Source: Antedon mediterranea
Taxonomy: Eukaryota > Animalia > Echinodermata
Assembly: GCF_964355755.1 (NCBI RefSeq)
Contig: NC_092675.1
Coordinates: 16,402,912-16,466,911 of the forward strand
Length of the DNA: 64,000 nucleotides
Direction: 5' to 3'
Part shown: piece by piece, positions 27,155-38,989 of the stretch
How positions within the stretch are numbered: position 1 is the stretch's first letter
How the letters are laid out: the number at the start of each line of letters is the position of its first letter
The notes under the pieces: generated by a model
What the model was told of the DNA's origin: nothing
Databases searched by the model: none
The model's input: the letters and a program-made list of their open reading frames with translations, nothing else
Made by a program: the position numbers and the translations under genes

Positions 27155-28380
27155 TTTTAGAATATTTGGTATCGATGATGCCTGGAAGACAAATATTTGC
27201 GCACTTATTGTATCTCAGTGTGTTTATCAAATTGTTTACAGACACCATTGCGCACTAGCACTTATTATATTGTATTTATAAACATCTAATAAAGAGCTCC
27301 TTTTAAGCTGACCATATTGTATTGGTAGCTATTGTATCCAAGCATTATCTAACAAAATGTTAGGCTGAATAAATCAATATTGTATAATAAGGCCTATTAT
27401 AGAAACGTATAGTTACTTAGGAAATGTTTCAACTATTTCAATATCTTTATACGGAGATACTGAATATCGATCATGTTCTATTTATAGCTTTTAGATAAGA
27501 TGACTTATTTTTATGATCTGATATGAAACCATAACAATAATAATAAAATTGTACATAATTAGTACTTATGAAAATTCCTTTACGTCACATACGCGTGTAA
27601 TATTGGAGTGGCACACGAGAAAAATATTTTTTATACTTAAATAATTATACATTTTTTTATATAGACATAATATAAAAATACGTTGTTGTTTATATTGATT
27701 AATTATTTTCTTAGTTTCCCAATTCAATTGTGAAGCCACAGACCTTTTTTGTACTAGTACTATTTCCTTTTTTTTGTAAAGAAATGATGAATTGGTTCGT
27801 GATACCATCGTAAAAAAACATGAGATAGTTAGATAACACCATCTTTAGTTTGTCGAGAAAAAATGCTAATAGTAAGTAATCGTATAAAACCCCTCAAATT
27901 AAGGACGATAAACATTTGTAGTCGCGTGCAACGCGAATCTACAGCTCACTATGTCGGTCAGTTTGTCGGTTGGTCAATAAACAATAACGTGAGCACGCGA
28001 CTGCAGCCATGTATATGACCTTCTTTTATTTGAGCTTATAACAATGCGTTTGAAAGTAATAGCGGTACCTACTAACTGTACAGTAATTTCAATACTCTAC
28101 TCACCCTCTGTAAGTTATGCTTTCTATGACAATTACTGGAACAGAAATATATCCTTTCCTTTTCGTAAGTATTGTAAAACTTTCCTTGGTTACCTCCGCA
28201 CCCAACGCAAATCGGATTCTCTTTGAAAAAAGTACAAACTGTTTAATTAGTAGGTGTACTGTAGAAGTTTAATCTAAATTGCACAACAAAAACACGGTGA
28301 ATAGAATAGGTGAACACATGCATAGCTTTACCTAGTGAGTAGGCAGGTGATTCTTTTGTCACGTACAACGTTGTTACTTC

Positions 28381-28394
28381 GTTGCTATAGAGAT
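28381..28394. promoter_or_regulatory. RFX X-box-like site upstream of the ankyrin gene
   Basis: GTTGCTATAGAGAT. A candidate non-coding first-exon donor lies on the minus strand near 28190, with a UTR acceptor at 27182-27183. Confidence 0.45.
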
Positions 28395-28602
28395 TTAATA
28401 CTGTAACAATTGTTGAAATTCAAATTGGTATTATAATCAGAGTTAAGCACAGTGTGATTAATAAATTTCAATAAACAGAGTGACAATGACTGCGCGATAT
28501 TTATATAACGCTAATGAAAGATATTGTGCTGGCATACACGTTATTATTATTATCACAATGAAGACTGTTTGGCGAAATTTATTCACAAATTGAACATTGA
28601 AT

Positions 28603-28805
28603 GCAGTTGTGGCTTGGTGGTTATGATGCTTGGCTACCACTTCAATGGTCCTGGGTTCAAGTCCCGTCACATGTCAGGATTTTTTAACTTGTAATAAGAC
28701 TTTGTTTGTTTGTACATCTTGTGTATACGTTTGTCATGTGAACCTCTGAGGGTCCTTAATGATCACCAATTGCTGGATGGATCACCCTCATGGTGAAGAA
28801 AAATA
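28603..28805 (+). mobile_element. tRNA-derived SINE
   Basis: A-box TGGCTTGGTGG and B-box GGTTCAAGTCC; homologous to 18795-19030. Confidence 0.8.
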
Positions 28806-31800
28806 TACCAACAGAGTTAATTTCACAAGGAATTCAGACTATAATAACGGTAGCAGTAAACATAACTAGCGAAACAGACTGGAACATTGATAAGTAAAGA
28901 TTTGTGACAAAAACTGCACAAGCATTTTAATAAACGACACAGTAAACAAACGTTTGAAGTTGATCATACCACTATGATCAAAATAAGAACAACATTCATT
29001 CATTTATTCAACATTTATTTAAGAGAGTTCAAGAAGTTAACATATACATGCATATTTATAATAACTAAATGGTAACAATAAATAAAAACTGTTTCAGGCA
29101 TCGGAAAAAGAAGTAAAAGAACATGTCTAATACCAACCAATAAACAGAAAAAGATAAAAAAGCAACTGACTGACAAATCATTAGCTAATGTTAGATCTAC
29201 AAATTATAATCTTAATCTTATATTTAATTTAACAAATAAAAATTTAACTATACGGCACATTATGATTGATAGCTGAAACCGGCATTGAAAGACAAACTCC
29301 TAAATTCCAATCAACTATACATAGGCTACTACATTCATTGATTATATGATGAATAATTAATGTATTCATTAAAAAAACGATAGTACACAAACTCTAATTT
29401 AGTTTGTGATTACCTTGAGGGTTTACTTACAGAACTAAAATTAGGACAGTAATCTGGGTCATATCATTACGGAAGGACACGTTCCATTTTTATAATATTG
29501 AATGTTTCATAAAGTACTTTATGGAAAGAGTCATTATTTAGATACTTTTATTGTTCGTGTATTTTTGCTTTTAATCATTATTGAATTTCTCTTCCATTTT
29601 CGTTATATAGTCATTTTATAAAATTATTTATATTGCCCTGATCTTCAGAGACAAACACTCTCATGCAGCCATTTAAAATTAGTACCAGTGCGATATTTGT
29701 AGTTCCATATCATGTTAAGATTATTTTTATTTAAAAAACCGCAAAATGTTTTATTGAGATGTACGTGTTCTTCCTGATTGGTATATGAACCATTGGGACA
29801 AACTTTCAATAAACATATACAATATCTGAACTCACGTATTAATCATTAACTTTTCAATTACAAACTCATAGATGTGCGTAAACTATTTGTTTGTATGTCA
29901 ACATATTACTAATTCGTAGATAAGATAATATTTACAACCAAACTTATGTATTATCTAATTCGGCCACTTGATGACAATTGACTTTCGAATAATACAAGCA
30001 AGAACCAAAGTCATAACCTTTGCACCACGGATGAATTCAGTTCACGGACCTTCTCAAGAAAAGGACATTTTTTAGCCAGCTTGATAGCCAAATTGTTACA
30101 AAATGTATTACTATGAATGCTTTATGCTAAACAAAACTATGTTACCTAATTCAGATTGATCAGTAGTTATAATATATAAAAGTTTGACACTATTTGCCTC
30201 TCATATAGCTACTAGCTGCTAATAGCAACTAAATATTTATTCTATTCAAAACAGAATGAAGCACAAGGCTCCGCAAATGATAATCATTTTATTACAATTA
30301 TTGATAATGTCAAATAATCCCTCTCCGTTTACCGCCGATTTAAAACAAACCGCTTATGATTACTTACACATGCTGAAAGTGACTTTAGCAAATGTTATAG
30401 TCTTATTAAGAAACAAAATATTAAAATACCGTAATACTGTATAGACAGCTGGCCTATATCACAACAAAAGTCTCCCTCCAAGAAGAGTTAACTTGAACAT
30501 TACATACTGTTTCTGGATGAGAACAAACATAAGCTTACCCCAAGCTTGAGACACAATTCAATATAACCTGAAATGTTATTTGATGAATCTCATTTTGTGG
30601 TGAGTGATGATTTAAACTAAAACTGACGCGAACAACATTCAAATCTGCAGCCTCCTCAGCTAATATGTTCTTTTTGGTTATATAGTATAATTTCACAAAT
30701 AGGAAAGTTTTGAAAGTAAGTTAAAGGCGTTTTCAATTTCATATTTAAACGAATACACAACGAGGGGAATAATATTCCTTTCTGATGAAAATTTACCAAC
30801 ATAGAAACAATAAGGAAATAAAATAGAAAAAAAACATGTAACTAATTATGACACACCTTACATGTTGAATCATTTACTTAATGGTTAATTGTACCGACAG
30901 ATAAACACAGAAAATGCTACGAAATGTTAGCCACTCTTTTGAACCTAATGTTTTAGACTTAAGAATAAGATGTTTTCATCCGGTCCCTAGCTATATAGGT
31001 ACACAAACGATGTGTATTGACTAACTGAAACCTATAGTGTACTTACCACAAGACCGAATTGTCTCTGACATAATACACCAAAAACATACACACGTGTCAA
31101 AATTATTGTTGATTAAAATATGATTTTTTTTTTAAACTTTAAAACATGGGTCTCGCATCTGGCCACTTCCCCGTTCACATAGTCACAACTGACAGTGCTG
31201 TTGAATTTGTATCGTGTTCTTATCGTATCAATTAATGTGTTTATCTTGTATGCTATAGGTTTTGTGACGATTTTGGTGATAATTTTCGCTCTTTATCCCG
31301 TATATTCACGGGGTATATTGTACAAGATAGTCGTAGATTTAATCAACTGACCTATTTGCGCCAAATGCAACAGAGTATTTTCGAAGAGTGTTTTTTTAAA
31401 TGGAAAAAGTACTCATAGTAGGCCAACATCGAATCCAATACTTCGATTCATTACGGTACCAAACCTTAGATCAATCCGTTTATGATCATGGAGGAATTAT
31501 TGAGCTCTAATTCCTTGTACGTTTATTACGGTATCAGAAACTTTTCATGTTAATAATATCATGTTCTAAATTAAATGGCATATAGTAGGCCTATTTGTGC
31601 AAAGTAGCCTACTACGATTTGTAATGCTATTAACATTAATAAAAATAGAATATTATTATAAACCTAATCATCAATAGGACTATCTTGTCTCTTATAATCG
31701 TTCTTTTAGAGACAAAAAACAAAACAAAATAATTCAGAAGGCATCTTGTGTTTTGGATGCATTTTATCATAGGTAAATAATTTAATAAATAAATAGATAG

Positions 31801-33932
31801 TAATTAATTAGTAGATAAACACAGTAAAGTAGACAACACATTGCATAGGACTACATTTAGTAAATAGGCCTACAATGCAACTTAACTATGCATGTTTTAC
31901 ACAGCTTAGAGGTTGATAGAGCATGCAGATGACACGAAACACCCTTTACTTGTTTCAAGTCTATTTATATGGCATGGAGTCTTATGGCATATTTATAATA
32001 AAGATACGCAACTCCAGTTGCTCACAAGCTTAACAGTTAACAATACCTAGGTTATTTTTAGTACAATGCACAAAGCCATAAACTTGCTAATAAACTACAG
32101 TATTTAATAACTTTTATATTTTATGGATCTAGTGCCTTTCCCATTCCACAAATTGATTTACACAGTAACACATTTAACAGTAAAACCCCGTCCCATCCCT
32201 AACTCAACCCCACCCCACCGATAAAAACAATTACAAGTGCAATATTGTAACAAGATTTAGATTTAGACTGTTGTCATGAATTCTAATTAACATTTTCCTG
32301 AATAGAACAACTCCACGTTAATTGCTGAACATCCCTTTTGTCAAGACTCCCACCAAAACCTTGCACATTTTTTAAGATAGGACAATCTAATTTTTCTTTT
32401 CTATAGGCCTCTCCATTGGTTATATTTACAGTGCCTGTGCACATGAGACATGTCAAATAATCATTATAAAATTAAAAGAATAAAAGATGGCACTTACTTA
32501 CTAATTTCTGATGATATTACTAATAAATAGTGTAGGTCTATCCCTGTTGTATCGCGTATCTTCATGTTTCACCATTGAACCACCCATGTTTTTTTAACCT
32601 ACATAAGTCGATCGTTTCTATAATCACTAACTGAATATTCATATTACAATAATATCGATTTTCATGGTAAATTAAACAATTATATTTAGTGAAATTCAGC
32701 TGAGACGGTCATAAGCTTGGTTGGATTCATGTACTCTAATTCTTCTTATTTCAAGATTACGAATGGTTTAACACGGTGAATATCACTAATCGCAATCACT
32801 TTTCCATGGTTACGTATATACAAGTCGATGTTCTAAAGCCAAAAGACTTTAATATAATTATGTACTTTAAAATGTCCTTCATTAATTGATACATTAGGCC
32901 TATTAGACTTTACTCAAAAATATTTCAAAGTTACAGGTGCGATAATTTACCAGTATAATAAGGGTGTGACGAAACAGTGCTCATCTTAATGTTTAAAACC
33001 ATGGTTAAGCCCGCCTCATCTTAAAATCAAAACCATACTTGCACAATCGAATCTCAAATGTCACGTGGTACAGTAAGCCAATAGAACATCACGGTCTCTC
33101 AAGATTTTCCTGATATTTTATATTCTCAATTCTATTTATTTCCACCAAAATATAAAACATAGGGCCTACAATATAATAAAGAATAATAATGTTAGATACT
33201 AATCTAAAAAAAAATATAATTACAAGATTAGATGAGTTTTTTCATTTAATTTTGTAGATAAATCCTGGTTGAACACCACAAGTTTGACCGGAAATAAAGA
33301 GATGTGTACAATGTACGATAAGATAACAATCACATGCAGGTTACACGTTTACAATGTTAATTTTTTCTAATAAAAATCGTATATGCCAGCAATGATGTTT
33401 TATGCTTATTACGGTATCTTAACACGATTCTACTTTGAGAACTGAGAGGGCTTGGACCACGCTGCTCTTACCTCCCTAATAATCAAGATATTTTAAATCT
33501 TCCTCCCTTTCCCGGCCACTCACAAGTGATATCACACCGTGAACTGCAAATGGGCTTTTTCCTGAGCATCCATGTGATGTTAGGGAAATAAAATCTGCGT
33601 CTTTAATTCTACATTCCACAATCACATGTAGGTTACACGTTTAGAATGTTCATTTTTTCCAATAAACTTGTTACATGCCAGAAAAGGATGTGTAATGTAT
33701 GCTTATTCTCTGTGTATCAAAAAGATAATTGGGTAATAAATAAAAGGCCTCCTCATTCTGCTGAAGATGAATAGTTCAGTCTGGTGTGAGCTAATAACAG
33801 ATGGTGAATGGTAAAACAAAATAATAAGACACTTGTTTTCGATATAATAATTTATTAAAACAATAGTGTAAAATAAACAAATATAAAATTTTAAAATCAC
33901 GAAAATTCTATGTTCTGTCACTTGTTCTGTAA

Positions 33933-34047
33933 AGCTCTGTCTACACTCATAAACTTGTTATGTGCCCATCACAACCATATTTTGGCATACTACTATCATA
34001 TTTATGCACTTTAGTTGTCAAACTAGTTTGATAGTGTAGACAGAACT
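33933..34047. mobile_element. MITE (same family as 5017-5160) just downstream of the antistasin-like gene stop codon
   Basis: TIRs AGCTCTGTCTACACT and AGTGTAGACAGAACT; TAA TSD on both sides. Confidence 0.8.
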
Positions 34048-34070
34048 TAAAGTATTGTATTTGATGGAGC

Positions 34071-37000
34071 CTAAGAAGCCGGTACTCCATCAACATGTTT
34101 CTGAAAACCAGGTTTGGGTTTGTTATTAAATATGTTGGTTTTGAAAATTATTATTATTATTAATATTGGTATTGTTATCAACAATAATAGTAATATTCCA
34201 ATGACTATCATTCCAGCTGGTGACGTCAGAAACGATGGCACATCATTTACTGAAAAAAAAAACACAAATGAGAAAACATTATTGATTATTATATCAGTTT
34301 GTATTTATTTCGAACGCTACTATTCTTTAGTAGATAATTGTTTGTTTATTGATTCTCCACAAATAATACATATATTTGTTTATAAATCATTAAAAATATA
34401 AATGTGGATGGTGGTCAAAATAGCCTAGAAATAGACTTTAAGCAGATACCACCATTAACAAAATATAAAAAAAAACACATTACAATGAGATTACTGTACA
34501 ATAATTAAATAAATAGAACAAAAATAAAGGTACTGTATCGCGTGTAATATCCGTGCTTGACACACAAGAACCAATATGAACAGACTGAAAATTGAGGTAT
34601 TTGGATATAAAATAAAACTCATTTACATACCACAATCACACGTCTGGCATCCATATTCATCTATAGCATACTTATTACTCTTGCATGGTATACAGTTGGG
34701 CAATGGGCATTCTGAAACAAAAAGCAGATGATGAGAAGGAGGGCAGCAAACAGTTGGGCAATGGGCATTCTGAAACAAAAAGCAGATGATGAGAAGGAGG
34801 GCAGCAAACAGTTGGGCAATGGGCATTCTGAAACAAAAAGCAGATGATGAGAAGGAGGGCAGCAAATGTATTATTCATGCATGGTACGTATCTCATCAAT
34901 GGACATGTATAACTACAGTACAGCTTAACAAAGAAAAAGAACCATTTTCAATTAAAGCATCAGAAACCAACAAATTATACAAAAATTGGGAGTAACATTT
35001 TCGAAAAACAGTCAGGGTAATGACCTTTAACAATGGTGTTGTGGTTGTGTGGACGGTCTTTATCCTTCTTTATTACTTTACTTAAGATATAGTTATTCAT
35101 TATGAATGAAATTAGCATACAGGTGCAGTAAATAGATCCAACAGATTACGGGCGTGATTCGTAAAAAACTAAAATACAATTACCACAATCACATGTCTGA
35201 CATCCATTTTCATCTGCTTGGTACATGTTATCAGGACATTCTTTTACACAATCAATCATGGGACATTCTATAACTAATGAAGATAGACGTGCAATAAGTT
35301 TAATAAATATTTAATCGGTAGAACACACTTATCTATTAATTCGTTGTTTTATATATTAAAATCGGAATATGAAAATGAAACTTGTTGATGCCTGATACTA
35401 GATAGTATTTATCTCTTCGATAATAAAGTAGCCTACGGTAATCGTTTTCTCCAAATGGGTTTATTGTAAGCCCTATTTATTGTAGGCCTATTGTATAATA
35501 CTATATTGGCATATTATTTTTCTTTTGATGACAATTTAACTACTTCACTATAAAGCAGCTCAGGTTTACTCTTCCCTTCTAGCTTTATTTTGAATACAAA
35601 AACACCATGAAAGCAGTACGATTAAACTAATCAGAACTTTACCACATTCACATGTTCTGCAGCCGTGTTCGTCTATACGGTATACACCACTGTCACAAGG
35701 AACGCATTTCCTCATTGGGCATTCTTCTGAAAAGAAAAATGATTATGCAATCATAACAAACGTGTGAAAACCCGTTCTAAATATCAATCCTACCTGGCCT
35801 ATACTTAAGGACTACAGTTTCATTTATAACTAGATTTAATTCGTCACTATGACGAATTATAGGTTATATGCATTGATTCAAATAAAGATAATTGATTGAC
35901 ATGATTTAAGATATATTGATTGATTGATTTTCTCAGAATCATTAGTTATTTATAATATATGACAGGATCTTGCTAACGCAAATACAATAGCCGGTATCAT
36001 AATCCGATCAAAGATCTTTCTGCGTATATAATGTCATAAACCACATTTGTGTTTTTATTTAGATTTCATTATAAATCATGTGTATAATCTATACACTAAG
36101 AAATATAATTGAACAACCAATACGGATAATAAAAAAAATCTTATTTCGTTTGGTTTCCCAAGGTGAGACTCGAACTCGGTACTTGACTGCTATAGACACG
36201 AGCAAAGAACACCGAGCCATACACAACTGACTAAAAGTTATGGAAAAATTCCTCCGTGTATTTACTATGCAGTAACCACTTTGGTGCAGATAGATTATTA
36301 CATACCGCAATGAATTATAATGTTTTACTATGATGACATCTTTAAAAATTTAAAAAAATGATGCACTGTCAAACTATATACTTTTAACTTTAATATATGA
36401 ACTTCTTAAGGATGAAAGTTAATGTTAAGTTTGTTATTTTGACTTAAGAAAATGTTATAATTTGTTTGATTGTCGAAATTAATTTTGTTAAATTTAATAT
36501 GCCATTAATGATGACTTAATCAACTTTTGTTCTTCTAATTTCATAATAAATCATACATATGATACATACACTTCAAGAAAATTAAATAAAAAATAGGTGT
36601 TCCCGAGCATTGTAACGATATATATTAATTTTAAAATTTAGCATATTTTCACCATTTTGTTAACTTATACGTGCGTAGCCTGTCACTTTTGACGTGCTCG
36701 TATAACGCTGTTTCGCGTTGAAAAGTGAATAAAATATGATGATATTATTAAAGAAAGGTTATACAACAGTAATCGGACAAAAACAGTGCGCATTAACGTT
36801 TGACGCGCAGTGCGCGTGCAATAATCTGCGCACTCATGGCAATTTTTTAAACGCTTAAAATTGCCTGAAACGTACTCTAATTTCATCGAAAATAAATTCT
36901 GACAATTTTCAACATTTTAAGCGCGCGTACGCATGCGTTATATGCGCTACGCACGTAATTGTATTGCCATATGATGAAATATGACCTGAAATTTATGAGT

Positions 37001-38954
37001 ACCAAATTTTGTTTAATTGTGATTCATGCTTGTGAAGATATGATTACAAACGTGATTTCGTTAAATCGCGCGTAGACCGCGTAATTTTTGATTGCGCATC
37101 GTGAAAACATAACCACATCGATTCCTGGCCATAAGGAATATACTCTGAAAAATTGACTTAGTTAGATGAAACTGGTATCAAGATAATTGACGGACAAATA
37201 GTGCTAAGGAAAGAATAAATAAACTAGACATGAAACTCGTCACTTTGACGAGTTAGTTATCCGCTCGACAAACGCCACGTGCACGTCATACGTTAGAATA
37301 TTGCACACAGAAAAATATTATGTTGTTATTTCTGAATTCTGTTATTTTGTGTCATATACATAGTATACACAGTACAATCTGTAAACATATCACAAACAGT
37401 GTAAAATAGGTGAAATTACGGGACCCGTATTTTATTAGGTTATATGCATGATATGCATATAACCTCTTGATTCTGTCAAAATCTTTATTAGGTTATATGC
37501 ATTAGCATGCATATAACCTCTTGATTCTGTCAAAATCTTTGTTTATTTATTCTTTCCTTAGCACTATTTTGTCCGTGAATTATCTTGATATCAGTTTCAT
37601 CTATCTAAGTCAATTTTTCAGAGTATATTCCTTATGGCCAGGAATCGATGTGGTTATGTTTTCATGGTGCGCAATCAAACATTACGCGGTCTACGCACGA
37701 TTTAATGAAATCACGTTTGTAATCATATCTTCACAAGCATGAATCATTTTTAAACTAAATTTGGTACTCATAAATTTCAGGTCATATTTCATGATATGGC
37801 AATACAATTACGTGTGTAGCGCATATAACGCATGCGTACGCGCGCTTAAAATGTTCAAAATTGTCAGAATTTATTTTCGATGAAATTAGAGTACGTTTCA
37901 GGCAATTTTAAGCGTTTAAAAAATTACCATGAGTGCGCAGATTTTTGCACGCGGACTGCGCGTCATACGTTGATACGCACTTTTTTGTCCAATTACTGTT
38001 GTATAACCTTTCTTTAATAATATCATCATATTGTATTCACTTTTCAACGCGAAACAGCGTTATGCGAGCACGTCAAAAGTGACAGGCTACGCACGTGTAA
38101 GTTAACAAAATGGTAAAAATATGCTAAATTTTAAAATTAATATATATCGTTAGAATGCTCGGGAACACTAATTTTTTATTTCATTTTCTTGAAGTGTATG
38201 TATCATATGTATGATTTATTATGAAAGTAAGAGAAAAAAAGTTGATTAAGTCATCATTAATGGCATATTAAATTTAAAAAAATTAATTTTGACAATCAAA
38301 CAAATTATAACATTTTCTTAGGCCGAATTAACAAACTTAACATTAACTTTCTTCCTTAAGAAGTTCATATATTAAAGTTAAAAGTATATAGTTTGATAGT
38401 GCATCATTTTTTTAAATTTTTAAAGATGTCATCATAGTAAAAAATTATAATTTATTGCGGTATGTAATAATCTATCTGCACCAAAGTGGTTACTGCATAG
38501 TAAATACACGGAGGAATCTTTCCATAAATTTTAGTTAGTTGTGTATGGCTCGATGGTCTGGGCTCGTGTCTATGGCATTCAAGGTACCGAGATCGAGTCT
38601 CACCTTGGGAAACGAAATAAGATTTTATTTTATTATCCGTATTGTTTGTTCAAATTTATTTCTTAGTGTATAGATTATACACATGATTTATAATGAAATC
38701 TAGATAAAAATTAACTTATGTCTTTATTATTATGTAACAACAAATGTGGTTTATGACATTATACGCATATGGATCTTTGATCGGATTGTGATACCGGCTA
38801 TGGTGTTCGCGTTAGCAAGGTCCTATCATATATTATAAATAACTAAAGATTCTGAGAAAATCAATCAATCAATATATTTTTTAAAAATCAATTATCTTTA
38901 TTTAGATCAATGCATATAACCTATAATTCGTCATAGTGACGAATTAAATCTAGT

Positions 38955-38989
<35 letters not shown>

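Noticed and set aside
30539-31065. Two minus-strand micro-exon-like segments with AG/GTAAG borders
   Set aside because: No coherent ORF or link to a gene; could be UTR or lncRNA exons, but chance matches are equally likely.
33325-33710. About 90-bp direct repeat resembling the end of antistasin exons (TGTGATTGT)
   Set aside because: No Cys pattern or splice signals in frame; treated as a small non-coding duplication.
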